DNA of 64,000 nt from Candidatus Woesearchaeota archaeon (GTDB taxonomy: Archaea > Nanobdellota > Nanobdellia > Woesearchaeales > UBA10216), in contig JACPBX010000003.1 in the NCBI GenBank assembly GCA_016180085.1, positions 83,582 to 147,581 of the forward strand. Direction: 5' to 3'. A model generated the notes under the pieces. It did not search any database. It worked only from the letters and a program-made list of their open reading frames with translations, and was not told the DNA's origin. Within the stretch, counting starts at the first letter, position 1. The number at the start of each line of letters is the position of its first letter. Of this stretch, positions 1 to 8,996 are shown piece by piece. Made by a program: the position numbers and the translations under genes.

Positions 1-63
1 GACCCTGCCAAGATGGCCCTGGAGCTTCTCAAACTCAGGATTCAGCTCATGTTTTCTTCCTAG
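1..63 (+). CDS. 3' end of an upstream gene (partial, ...DPAKMALELLKLRIQLMFSS*)
   Basis: Frame 1 is open from the window edge to TAG at 61-63, followed by an AT-rich spacer (TTTATAAA near 92). Product unknown. Confidence 0.3.
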   Translation, partial: DPAKMALELLKLRIQLMFSS

Positions 64-142
64 GCCGGCAGAGCATTCCTGACCGCAACCTTTATAAAAT
101 TCCGCAAGGTAGCTTTTTTTATGAATTGCGTGGCTGGTTTTT

Positions 143-796
143 ATGGCTGAGATTGACCTTCTTGACCGCTATCCGAGGACTAAGCGCAATCCTGACGAGA
201 GGGCAGCCTCCCTCACTGATGAGGACAGGAGGGTTGCGAAGCAGTTCGGCAGCGAGTATTTTGACGGGCCCAGGAACAGGGGCTATGGCGGCTACAGGTA
301 CGATGGGAGGTGGGTTCCTGTTGTCAAGCGCTTTGCGGAGCACTACAACCTGACCGGCAGCAGCAGGGTGCTTGATGTTGGCTGTGCCAAGGGATTCATG
401 CTTCACGACTTCAGGCAGGTTATTCCTGGCATCACGGTTGCAGGCATTGACATTTCGCAATACGCCATTGACAATTCCATGGAGGACGTCAGGCCTTTCC
501 TAAAGGTTGGAAATGCAAAAGACCTCTCAATGTTTGGCGACAAGTCGTTTGACCTTGTCATCTCAATTAACACAATCCACAACCTGAAGCTTGAGGAGTG
601 CAAGAAGGCTTTGAAAGAGATTCAGCGTGTTGGAAAGCGTGCCTTCATTACCATGGATGCCTGGCGCACTCCCGAAGAGGAAGTCAGGATGAAGAAGTGG
701 AACATTACAGCAGAGACTTTCATGCACGTTGACGACTGGAAGAGGCTTTTCAATGAAGTCGGGTATACTGGCGACTACTACTGGTTTATTCCTTAG
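143..796 (+). CDS. Class I SAM-dependent methyltransferase (sugar-cluster associated)
   Basis: SAM-binding motif VLDVGCAKG and post-motif FDLVISINTIHNL. Confidence 0.85.
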   Translation: MAEIDLLDRYPRTKRNPDERAASLTDEDRRVAKQFGSEYFDGPRNRGYGGYRYDGRWVPVVKRFAEHYNLTGSSRVLDVGCAKGFMLHDFRQVIPGITVAGIDISQYAIDNSMEDVRPFLKVGNAKDLSMFGDKSFDLVISINTIHNLKLEECKKALKEIQRVGKRAFITMDAWRTPEEEVRMKKWNITAETFMHVDDWKRLFNEVGYTGDYYWFIP

Positions 797-1849
797 ATGA
801 GGTTAAGCAAGAAAATGAGAATCAGGGCAGCAGTTCTTTACGGGCAGCACAAGCCTATGGTGGTAGAGGAGCTTGAAACTCCGGAGCTTGGCAGGGGCCA
901 GGTTCTGGTGAAGGTCCTTTACAGCGGAATCTGCCAGACCCAGCTTAACGAGCTTAAGGGCGTCAAGGGCCCTGACAGCTTCCTGCCCCACCTGCTTGGC
1001 CATGAGGCATCTGGCATCGTTCAGGACATTGGCGGGGGCGTTACCAAGGTTAAGCCTGGTGATTATGTGGTGCTTTCATGGATGAAAGGGTCAGGGCTTG
1101 AAGTTCCTTCTTCGCAATACTCGCTTGGCGGGAAAAAGATAAATGCCGGAGCAGTCACGACTTTTCAAACGCATTCTGTTGTTTCAGAAAACCGCATCAC
1201 AAAAATTCCTGAAAAAGTGCCTGCCGACGTTGCCGCCCTTCTGGGCTGTGCAGTTCCTACAGGTGCGGGGATGGTCAGGAACACTCTTAAGGCCCAGCCC
1301 GGCAGCACTCTTGCGGTCTTTGGCTTGGGAGGAGTGGGCCTCAGTGCAGTGCTTTATGCCGCTTCGGTTGGCTGCGGAAAGATTATTGGCATTGACATCA
1401 GGAAGCAAAAGCTCGGCCTGGCGATGAAGCTGGGCGCAACCCACGCAATAGACGGCTCCGAAGGCAATGTGCTTGAGAAGATTCGGGAACTCACGCAGGG
1501 GCAGGGCGTTGATTTTGCAATAGAGTCCTCAGGCGTAAGGGAGGTCATGGAGCTTTCATTTGAGGCCATAAGGAATGGTGGCACTGCGGTCCTTGCAGGC
1601 AACATCAGGAAGGGAGAGAAAGTGGGCATTGACCCTTACGGCCTGATTTTTGGGAAGAAAATACTTGGGACGCATGGAGGAGAAACCCATACTGACGAGG
1701 ACATCCCGTTCTATGCCGGGCAGTACCTTGCCGGGAAGCTTAAGCTCGAAAAGCTCATCACCCACGTTTTCACCCTTGACAAGGTCAATGACGCCTTTGC
1801 AGAGCTTGGCAAGGGAAACGTCGGCAGGGCTTTGCTAAGGCTGCACTGA
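797..1849 (+). CDS. Zinc-dependent alcohol dehydrogenase (MDR family)
   Basis: GICQTQ Zn ligand, GHEASG motif and GLGGVG Rossmann motif. The structural Zn Cys lobe is absent. Alternative start at 815. Confidence 0.9.
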   Translation: MRLSKKMRIRAAVLYGQHKPMVVEELETPELGRGQVLVKVLYSGICQTQLNELKGVKGPDSFLPHLLGHEASGIVQDIGGGVTKVKPGDYVVLSWMKGSGLEVPSSQYSLGGKKINAGAVTTFQTHSVVSENRITKIPEKVPADVAALLGCAVPTGAGMVRNTLKAQPGSTLAVFGLGGVGLSAVLYAASVGCGKIIGIDIRKQKLGLAMKLGATHAIDGSEGNVLEKIRELTQGQGVDFAIESSGVREVMELSFEAIRNGGTAVLAGNIRKGEKVGIDPYGLIFGKKILGTHGGETHTDEDIPFYAGQYLAGKLKLEKLITHVFTLDKVNDAFAELGKGNVGRALLRLH

Positions 1850-2488
1850 GAAGTCGCTGATGCTTATGCCTGTGAAGCTGTCAACGGTTTTGTCTGCGAT
1901 TGAAATGTTCTGGTCTTTTGTGTGCTCTGTGAGCAGGGCTATGCACATCATGCCTGCATTTTTTGCTGCCAGGATGCCTGATTCAGAGTCTTCTATGACA
2001 GCGCACTCGCCCGGCTTCAGCCTGAGCCTTCCCGCAGTCTCGAGGTAAATGTCCGGCGCAGGCTTGGTTTTTGCCACGTCTGAGCCCGTGACCACTATTG
2101 CGAATGTTTTTTCCAGCTTTAGGAAGCTCAGGACATTCTGGACCTTTGTTTTTGAGCTGCTTGATGCAAGTGCAATCGCGTAATTGCTTGCCTTGAGTTT
2201 TGCCACGAGCTCGTGGAAGCCGGGATTTGGCTGAAGGTTGAGCTCCGCCATGGCGCTTTTCAGGTGCTCTTCGCGCTTTGCCACGAGTTCTTCAAGATTT
2301 GCTGTAATCCCGTGCTGCTTCAGGATTTCGTCGTAAATCTGCTTTCCGGGCTTGCCCGTGTGCCTCAGGTATTCCTCTTTGCCGATGTTCAGCCCAACGC
2401 TGCCCAGCACCTTTGAGTCGGCAACGAAGTTGAGCTGTGCAGTGTCTACAACCACTCCGTCCATGTCAAAGATTACAGCTTTTATCAT
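1835..2488 (-). CDS. HAD-superfamily phosphatase (beta-PGM/CbbY-like)
   Basis: Motif I FDMDGVVVD, motif II LASSS, KPAPDIY, motif IV EDSESG. Confidence 0.9.
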   Translation of the reverse strand: MIKAVIFDMDGVVVDTAQLNFVADSKVLGSVGLNIGKEEYLRHTGKPGKQIYDEILKQHGITANLEELVAKREEHLKSAMAELNLQPNPGFHELVAKLKASNYAIALASSSSKTKVQNVLSFLKLEKTFAIVVTGSDVAKTKPAPDIYLETAGRLRLKPGECAVIEDSESGILAAKNAGMMCIALLTEHTKDQNISIADKTVDSFTGISISDFSVQP

Positions 2489-2541
2489 GTTAATCCCCTC
2501 TTTCCTTTCCTCTCAGGTTTCTGCGGCAATAAAGGGCAATA

Positions 2542-2680
2542 TATAGAGGACTTTGAATAACCGCTCATATTTAATTTTTGTTTAAAGTCCTCTCAGCGTA
2601 TCGCTGAGGGATGTCAGCTCTAAGCTGACATTCTCTTAGACAACTTTGCTATACGACGGGGTTAATCAAAGTTGTCTATA
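2542..2680. repeat. Composite inverted-repeat element (four consecutive hairpins, imperfect 15-bp terminal IRs)
   Basis: Stems read directly: AGAGGACTTT 2545-2554 / AAAGTCCTCT 2584-2593; CTCAGCG 2592-2598 / CGCTGAG 2602-2608; ATGTCAGCT 2611-2619 / AGCTGACAT 2623-2631; TAGACAACTTTG 2637-2648 / CAAAGTTGTCTA 2667-2678. The ends TATAGAGGACTTTGA and (reverse complement) TATAGACAACTTTGA match at 13/15. Confidence 0.8.
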
Positions 2681-2724
2681 AATCTTATTTTGCATGCTTG
2701 CAACCTGTTTCACTCCCTAACTAT

Positions 2725-2739
2725 CGAAAACTTTAAGTA
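2725..2739 (+). promoter_or_regulatory. Archaeal BRE/TATA promoter
   Basis: CGAAAAC-TTTAAGTA about 30 nt upstream of ATG 2770. Confidence 0.6.
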
Positions 2740-2769
2740 AGGCTGCTCTGGATGCTTTTGCTATTCACT

Positions 2770-3873
2770 ATGGCAAACATGAAAAAACTCTTTATTCCCG
2801 GGCCGGTTCAGGTGGACAGGCGGGTTCTCGAGGAAATGGCCCGCCCTATGATGCATCACCGTTCTGCTGAATGCGTTGCTCTAATCAGGGAAATAAACGG
2901 GCTGCTGTCAGAGCTCCTTGGGACAAAGGACAGCATATTTCTCCTCACAAGCTCTGCTACCGGCGCCATGGAGGCCTGCATAAGGAGCTGCGTCATAAGC
3001 AGGGTGCTGTGCATTGCCAACGGCGAGTTCGGAAGGCGATGGCATTCTGTGGCAGTTTCAAACGGTAAGGATGCCAGGCTGCTGGACTTTGGCGATGGCG
3101 CGCTGGTTGACTACGGCGCTGTGGCTGATGAGCTGAGGAAAGGCGATTTTGATGCTGTGACCTTCATAATTAATGAGACGTCAACAGGCATGGAGAACGA
3201 CTCAAAGGCGCTGAAAGCAGCTGTCCAGGCTGCTTCAGGGGATGCCGCAAAGGACATTATAATATTGGCAGATGGAGTTTCTGCTGTCTTTGGGACAAAG
3301 GTTGACATGGCTGACTATGATGCGCTGCTTTTTGCAACGCAGAAATCCCTTGCGCTGCCTCCGGGCATGTCCATAATAATTGCGAACAGCCGGGCAATTG
3401 GCCGTGCCAAGCTGGTCAAGGGCAGGGGCTACTACTTCGACTTCCTTCTCCTCAAGAAGAGGAGCGATGAGAACATGACAACAACAACGCCTGCCCTGCC
3501 GATTCTTTATGCCCTGAGGTACAGGCTGCAGGAGATTGGGAAGCAGGGGATTGGCAGCTACATTAACAGGCATAAAGCCATGGCCGAGCTTGTCCGCAGC
3601 AGAATCAGGGGCATGGGCTTCAGGCTTTTCGTGCCAAGCAGCTACTCAAATACTGTTACTGTCATTTCAAATAACCTTGGCGTTGATACTGAAGGGCTGA
3701 TAAGGCTTCTTTCTGAAAAGGGCTATGTCATTGAAAACGGCTACGGCCCATTGAAGAACAAGACTTTCAGGATAAGCCACATGGGCGATATAACCCCTGC
3801 TGATACAGGGGAGCTGCTTGCCGAGATGGAGAAAATCGTGAAATCGCAGCTGTCAGCCAGCAGCTTGCCGTGA
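2770..3873 (+). CDS. Class V PLP-dependent aminotransferase (serine-pyruvate/alanine-glyoxylate/archaeal SerC-like)
   Basis: LFIPGP N-terminus, NETSTG, ADGVSA, PLP lysine in ATQKSLALPPG, FRISHMG. Start moved from 2752 to 2770 to fit the promoter position. Confidence 0.9.
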   Translation: MANMKKLFIPGPVQVDRRVLEEMARPMMHHRSAECVALIREINGLLSELLGTKDSIFLLTSSATGAMEACIRSCVISRVLCIANGEFGRRWHSVAVSNGKDARLLDFGDGALVDYGAVADELRKGDFDAVTFIINETSTGMENDSKALKAAVQAASGDAAKDIIILADGVSAVFGTKVDMADYDALLFATQKSLALPPGMSIIIANSRAIGRAKLVKGRGYYFDFLLLKKRSDENMTTTTPALPILYALRYRLQEIGKQGIGSYINRHKAMAELVRSRIRGMGFRLFVPSSYSNTVTVISNNLGVDTEGLIRLLSEKGYVIENGYGPLKNKTFRISHMGDITPADTGELLAEMEKIVKSQLSASSLP

Positions 3874-4961
3874 ACGGGAATGATGGAAAAGTGGGAAAGG
3901 CCAGGGTTTTTGCACCGGCAACAACAGCCAATGTCGGCCCGGGCTTTGACATCTTTGGCGTTGCACTTGATGGCGTAGGCGATATTGTCGAAGCTGACTT
4001 GTCTGATTCTTTCAGTGGTGTAAGGCTGGCGGAGGTTGCTGTCGGTTCAGACAGCGAAAGCTTAAAGGACCTTCCAATGGATGAGGCAAATCTCGTTTTT
4101 CCCGTTGCAAAGGCAGTGTATGATGCGGCTTGCAAAGCTGGCCGCAAAGACACCGGCGTTGAGGTAAGGCTGATTAAGAGGATGGGAATAGGCACAGGGC
4201 TCGGCAGCAGCGGCTCAAGCTCTGTTGCTGCTGCCGTTGCAGTTAATGAGGCTTTGGGCGGGGTTTTTGCCCGTGACAGCCCCGAGATGCTTGCTGCTGT
4301 CCTGGAAGGCGAATTTGTTGCCTGCGGCTCCAGGCACGCTGATAATGTTTTCCCTGGCCTTCTTGGCGGCTTTGTCTTCATCGAGGACCCAGCCTCATTC
4401 AGGTTCAGGAAGTTTGACGTTGGCAGAGACGTGTTTTTTGTAGTTGTTACGCCTGAAATTGTCGTCAGCACAAAGGAAGCAAGGGATGCATTAAGGGCTT
4501 CGCCATACAACATCGGTGAGCTTGTAAGCCTTTCCAGCTCAGTGGTTAGGCAATACCTTGACTCGGGCAGCCGCAGCTCAGGCAGTATTCCTGCTTCAGT
4601 TGTTGGCACTGGCTCGGCTGATGTTGTTTCAGCTTACCTGGAGGGAACGGTTGAGGTTCTAACAGGCCTGATTGGCAATGATGCTGAGCTGCTTGGCAGG
4701 GGCACGCTGAAAGATGGCATTGTTACCCCAATAAGGGCAGGGCTTATTCCGGGCTATTACGATGTCAAGAAGGCCGCCCTTGAGGCTGGCGCAAAGGGGT
4801 TTTCAATTTCTGGCTCAGGCCCTTCTGTTTTTGCAGTGGCTTATGAGGAAGATGCTGAGGCTGTAAAGAAAGCCATGATTGGCAGGTTTGAGGGCCTGGG
4901 CAAAAGGGCGAGCGGCATCATCTCAGCCGTAAACAACAAAGGCGCCTGCCCGGTTGAGTGA
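3870..4961 (+). CDS. thrB: Homoserine kinase (GHMP family) with an internal insertion
   Basis: APATTANVGPGFD, GTGLGSSGSSS, HADNV and ISGSGPSV motifs. The GTG start overlaps the upstream stop (GTGA). Confidence 0.8.
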   Translation: MNGNDGKVGKARVFAPATTANVGPGFDIFGVALDGVGDIVEADLSDSFSGVRLAEVAVGSDSESLKDLPMDEANLVFPVAKAVYDAACKAGRKDTGVEVRLIKRMGIGTGLGSSGSSSVAAAVAVNEALGGVFARDSPEMLAAVLEGEFVACGSRHADNVFPGLLGGFVFIEDPASFRFRKFDVGRDVFFVVVTPEIVVSTKEARDALRASPYNIGELVSLSSSVVRQYLDSGSRSSGSIPASVVGTGSADVVSAYLEGTVEVLTGLIGNDAELLGRGTLKDGIVTPIRAGLIPGYYDVKKAALEAGAKGFSISGSGPSVFAVAYEEDAEAVKKAMIGRFEGLGKRASGIISAVNNKGACPVE

Positions 4962-5027
4962 TTTTATTTTGGAGAAATTATTTAAAGGAGCGTTTCAGGC
5001 AGCCTTTCCTTGTTGGAAGTGGAATGC

Positions 5028-6257
5028 ATGATTGATGTTGGCAGGTTCAGGAACATACAATATGGGAAAAGGACAAGGTGCATGGCTTGCGGGGCAGCTG
5101 TTGGCAAGCCGCTGATAAGCCTGCCTGATTTTCCTTTGAGCGAGATTTACACGGACCGCCCTGTTAAGGAGAAAGCAGGATTTGTTGACCAGGAGTTCTG
5201 CCTTTGCAAAAGCTGCGGCCATGGCCAGCTGCTTAACATAATCCCGCCGGAGCTCCTTTACTTTGGCAGCAGCTACTTTTTCAGGACTTCGCAGAGCAGG
5301 ACTGCTGTGCCAGCTGTTGACTTCTTTCTCGACTTTGTCGAGGGCGTTCTTAAAAGCAGGGCTTACGATACCATTGCTGACATTGGCTGCAACGACTTGT
5401 ACATGCTGAAGAAGCTTGACGCTAAGGCAAAAAGGCTTTTGGGGATTGACCCTGTCCTCGCAGGAAGGGAGAAGGAGCTTTCTGAGGGGAAGACCGTTGT
5501 CATTGGGGACTTGTTTGAGAATGCTGTTGCCAATCACAACGTATCTTTCGATAAGGACCTTGTGCTTAGCAGCCACACCCTGGAGCACGTGAAGGACCCT
5601 AAGTGGCTTGTCAAGACTGTGCTTGACAGTTCAACAGATAACACGCTGTTCGGTTTCCAGTTCCCGGGTTTCGAGAGCCTGGTGAGGGATGCAAGGTTTG
5701 ATCAGGTGTTCCACCAGCACTATAACTATTTCACTTTGAAGTCAGTCGTCCGCATGCTTACGGACCTGGGCGCAGAGCTTGTTGCTTACAAGGTGAACCC
5801 TTACCACTGGGGTGCGCTGATGATAGTGTTCAGGAAAAACCCCTCAGGCTCAACAGCCTGGCACAAGAGGTTTGAGCATGATGCTGTGCAGCTCACTGAT
5901 GAGGCAGTCCTCTCGCAGTACCGGGTTTTTCAGGATGCCATGAAGCTGGCAGGTGAGCGCCTTTCAGCGTGGAAGGGCAGCACGGTTTACGGCTACGGCG
6001 CAGCAAACATGCTTCCCGTCCTGAGCTACCACATGAAGAACGACCTTTCCTGCCTTCAGGCTGTATTGGATGATGATGAGCGCAAGCAGGGCATGCACTA
6101 CATCAACCTTCCTGTTGCCATAAAGTCCCCTTCTGTTGTTAAGGACTTCAAGGATGTTGTGCTGTTCCTTACAGCCATTGACAATTCCAGGATACTTGTG
6201 CCAAAGCTTATCTCGCTCGCACCAAAGAAAATTATCCTTCCCCTTAACATTGTGTAG
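5028..6257 (+). CDS. NDP-sugar C-methyltransferase-like protein (Zn-ribbon + class I MT + C-terminal domain)
   Basis: CMAC...CKSC Zn site, ADIGCND, FHQHYNYF, YGYGAANML, DDDERKQG and C-terminal IILPL, matching the architecture of NDP-hexose C-methyltransferases. Confidence 0.75.
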   Translation: MIDVGRFRNIQYGKRTRCMACGAAVGKPLISLPDFPLSEIYTDRPVKEKAGFVDQEFCLCKSCGHGQLLNIIPPELLYFGSSYFFRTSQSRTAVPAVDFFLDFVEGVLKSRAYDTIADIGCNDLYMLKKLDAKAKRLLGIDPVLAGREKELSEGKTVVIGDLFENAVANHNVSFDKDLVLSSHTLEHVKDPKWLVKTVLDSSTDNTLFGFQFPGFESLVRDARFDQVFHQHYNYFTLKSVVRMLTDLGAELVAYKVNPYHWGALMIVFRKNPSGSTAWHKRFEHDAVQLTDEAVLSQYRVFQDAMKLAGERLSAWKGSTVYGYGAANMLPVLSYHMKNDLSCLQAVLDDDERKQGMHYINLPVAIKSPSVVKDFKDVVLFLTAIDNSRILVPKLISLAPKKIILPLNIV

Positions 6258-6325
6258 CCATTATGCAGCGCTATGTGATTCTCCTCCATAAAATTTCGGG
6301 CTATGACGGTAAGAGGGGGTAAAAT

Positions 6326-6333
6326 TTATATAC
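6326..6333 (+). promoter_or_regulatory. TATA box for the SDR-ThDP-kinase operon
   Basis: TTTATATA preceded by purine-rich GTAAAA, upstream of ATG 6405. Confidence 0.5.
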
Positions 6334-6404
6334 TCTCACGGATTCGGGACAGCTTCCGGAAAACAGCTGCGTGTTTGCAGCAGTCTTGAAGGGGGTTGTT
6401 TTTT

Positions 6405-7190
6405 ATGGATTTTGGTCTGACTGGCAAGAAAGCCTTGGTTACTGCAGCGAGCCGCGGCATTGGCGCGTCCATTGCAATAAACCTGGCAAAGGAAGGCGCG
6501 CTGGTTGCTATTACAGCGAGGAGCGAGCCTGACCTTAAGGAAGTCATTGCAAAGATGGGCGGCGAAGGTAAAGGCCATTACATGGTTGTTGCTGACCTGA
6601 CTGCCGAGGACGGCCCGAAGAAAGTTTTTGACAAGGTTCTGAAGGATTTTGGCTCCCCTGACATTCTTGTCAACAACCTTGGCGATACGCTTGAGCTCCG
6701 AGACCCTTTTATCCCAATCAGTGACTGGAGAAAAATCATAAGGCTCAACCTTGAGGTCGCCATTGAGCTGAACAATCTTGTTATTCCGCATATGGAGCAG
6801 AGGAAATGGGGCAGGATAGTTAATGTTTTGTCAACAGCATCTTACGAGAACAACGGGCCTGTCCCTTACTGCACTGCCAAGGCTGCCTTCTCGGCTTATA
6901 CGAGAAGCATGGCCAGGGTTTTGGCAAAGACAGGCATTGTTATGTCCGGCATTGTGCCTGGCGCTATTTTCACAGAGGGCGGTGCCTGGGACATTGCCAT
7001 GAAGACAAGGCCTGAGCACATCCGCAAATACCTGGAGGAAAGGCTCCCCCTGGGCAGGTTTGGCGAGCCTGATGACATAGGTACCATGGCTGTTGTGCTG
7101 TGCTCAGAGCAGGCAAAGTTCTGCCAGGGCTCCATTTTCCCTGTTGATGGCGGCCAGAGCAGGCACTATTTTCGGGCTGCCACTGATTAA
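6405..7190 (+). CDS. Short-chain dehydrogenase/reductase (SDR)
   Basis: TAASRGIG, DILVNN, YCTAK (YxxxK) and C-terminal PVDGG. Confidence 0.9.
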   Translation: MDFGLTGKKALVTAASRGIGASIAINLAKEGALVAITARSEPDLKEVIAKMGGEGKGHYMVVADLTAEDGPKKVFDKVLKDFGSPDILVNNLGDTLELRDPFIPISDWRKIIRLNLEVAIELNNLVIPHMEQRKWGRIVNVLSTASYENNGPVPYCTAKAAFSAYTRSMARVLAKTGIVMSGIVPGAIFTEGGAWDIAMKTRPEHIRKYLEERLPLGRFGEPDDIGTMAVVLCSEQAKFCQGSIFPVDGGQSRHYFRAATD

Positions 7191-7191
7191 A

Positions 7192-8991
7192 ATGAAGCTG
7201 TCTGACTATGTTGTGGAGTTTTTGGTTGAGCAGGGCATAAGGCACGTTTTTCTAGTTTCAGGAGGGGCGGTTGCGCACCTTGTTGATTCAGCAGCAAGAA
7301 ACCCCAGAATGACTTACGTGTGCCCTGAGCATGAGCAGAACGCAGGCTCTGCTGCTGATGCCTATGCGAGGATAACGGGGAAGATGGGTGCCGTGTTCAC
7401 GACGAGCGGGCCTGGCGCCACCAACCTTGTGACGAGCGTTTGCAACTCATATTTTGACTCAATCCCTGTTATTTTCATCACAGGCCAGGTTGCGACATTC
7501 CGCATAAGGCCCAGCGAGAGGCTTCGCCAGAAGGGCTTTCAGGAAACCGATGTTATTTCCATATTTAAGTCAATCACCAAATACTCGATACAGCTCAGGA
7601 AAGCAGAGGACATCAAGTTCGTCCTTCAGGAAGCTGTCCATGCAGCCACGTCAGGGAGGATGGGTCCTGTCCTTGTTGATATTCCTGATGATTTGCAAAG
7701 GGTCGAGATTGACCCTGAAAAGCTTCGGGATTTTAAGCCTTTGGCTGCCCAGGCAGGTGCAGTAAACCCGGCAAATGACCTGTCAGCTGTTAAGGATGTC
7801 TTTGCAGCCATAAGGTCTGCGAAAAGGCCTGTGCTTATCCTCGGCGCGGGCATCAGGCTTTCAGGCACAGTTCCTGAAGCCCTGAAGTTTGCCGAGCATT
7901 TCCGCATTCCGTTCCTTTTGACGTGGGGCGCTATGGACATGGTTGAGCACGGCTATGAGCTTAACATGGGCGGTGTTGGCGTTTGCGGCCCAAGAGGAGG
8001 TAATTTTGCAGCCCAGACGTCAGACCTTGTTGTTGCGCTTGGCACAAGGCTTTCCCAGATGATTACAGGCGGCAAGCAAAACCTTTTCGCTCCCTATGCG
8101 AAAAAAATCATGGTTGACGTTGATGCTGAGGAGCTTAACAAGTTCTCGCCAAGCGATGTTGTCCTTGACGTGAAAATCAGCTGTGGCCTCAGGGATTTTT
8201 TTGCAGAATGCGAAAGGCTTTACAGCGGCACCGGCCCTGCCGAAAAGGGCAGGCTGAAGGAGTGGAGGCAGCAAATCAATGAGTGGAGAATGAAATACCC
8301 AATCTGTCCCGGGTCAAACTACGGCAGGAAGGAAAGGGTTGATGCATACGTTTTTATCAGGGAGCTGTCAAAGGCAGCCAAGGAAGGTGATGTCATTTTC
8401 ACCGATGCAGGCGGCAACCTGAGCCAGACCATGCAGGCCTTCGAAGTGAAAAAAGGCCAGCGCCTCATCTCAGCCTGGAACCACTCGCCCATGGGCTATG
8501 CGCTTCCTGCAGCCATTGGCGCTGCGTTTGCAATCGGCCAAGGCAGCGGCAAGGACATCCTGTGCATCATCGGCGATGGCGGCATTATGATGTGCCTTGA
8601 GGAGCTTGCGGTTATTGCCAAGCACAACCTTCCAATAAAAATTTTCGTTTTTAACAACCATGGCCATGCAATCCAGAAGCAGACCATCGATACCTGGCTT
8701 AACTCGCATTACGTGGCTGTTGACGAGTCTTCCGGCCTTGCTTTCGCTGATTTTGACAAAATCGGCCCGGCCTTCGGGCTTCCGGCTGTTGCCATAAGAA
8801 ACCACGAAGAGCTTAAGGCAAAGCTTGGCAAGGTCCTTGGCGCCAAGGGCCCTGTGCTGTGCAATGTTGAGATTGCTGTAGACCAGAGGATTGTTCCGAT
8901 GCTCAGGTTTGGCGCAGGCATTGAGGACCTGGACCCAAAACTGCCTAAGGAAGAGGTTGAGGCAATCATGGCTGTTGGCAGGAAAAGGTAA
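7192..8991 (+). CDS. ThDP-dependent enzyme, acetolactate-synthase-like (YerE-type branched-sugar synthase candidate)
   Basis: HEQNAG, TSGPGATN, ITGQV, GPVLVDIPDD and ThDP motif GDGG...NN. It starts 1 nt after the SDR stop, so the ORF-track start at 7093 is too early. Confidence 0.85.
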   Translation: MKLSDYVVEFLVEQGIRHVFLVSGGAVAHLVDSAARNPRMTYVCPEHEQNAGSAADAYARITGKMGAVFTTSGPGATNLVTSVCNSYFDSIPVIFITGQVATFRIRPSERLRQKGFQETDVISIFKSITKYSIQLRKAEDIKFVLQEAVHAATSGRMGPVLVDIPDDLQRVEIDPEKLRDFKPLAAQAGAVNPANDLSAVKDVFAAIRSAKRPVLILGAGIRLSGTVPEALKFAEHFRIPFLLTWGAMDMVEHGYELNMGGVGVCGPRGGNFAAQTSDLVVALGTRLSQMITGGKQNLFAPYAKKIMVDVDAEELNKFSPSDVVLDVKISCGLRDFFAECERLYSGTGPAEKGRLKEWRQQINEWRMKYPICPGSNYGRKERVDAYVFIRELSKAAKEGDVIFTDAGGNLSQTMQAFEVKKGQRLISAWNHSPMGYALPAAIGAAFAIGQGSGKDILCIIGDGGIMMCLEELAVIAKHNLPIKIFVFNNHGHAIQKQTIDTWLNSHYVAVDESSGLAFADFDKIGPAFGLPAVAIRNHEELKAKLGKVLGAKGPVLCNVEIAVDQRIVPMLRFGAGIEDLDPKLPKEEVEAIMAVGRKR

Positions 8992-8996
8992 GAAAA

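Noticed and set aside
3767-4609. 280-aa minus-strand ORF
   Set aside because: Lies antisense to the motif-rich homoserine kinase; Ser/Thr/Pro-rich shadow translation with no motifs.
7093-7191. N-terminal extension of the ThDP enzyme in the ORF track
   Set aside because: It overlaps the SDR coding region; ATG 7192 directly after the SDR stop gives the family-typical start MKLSDY.
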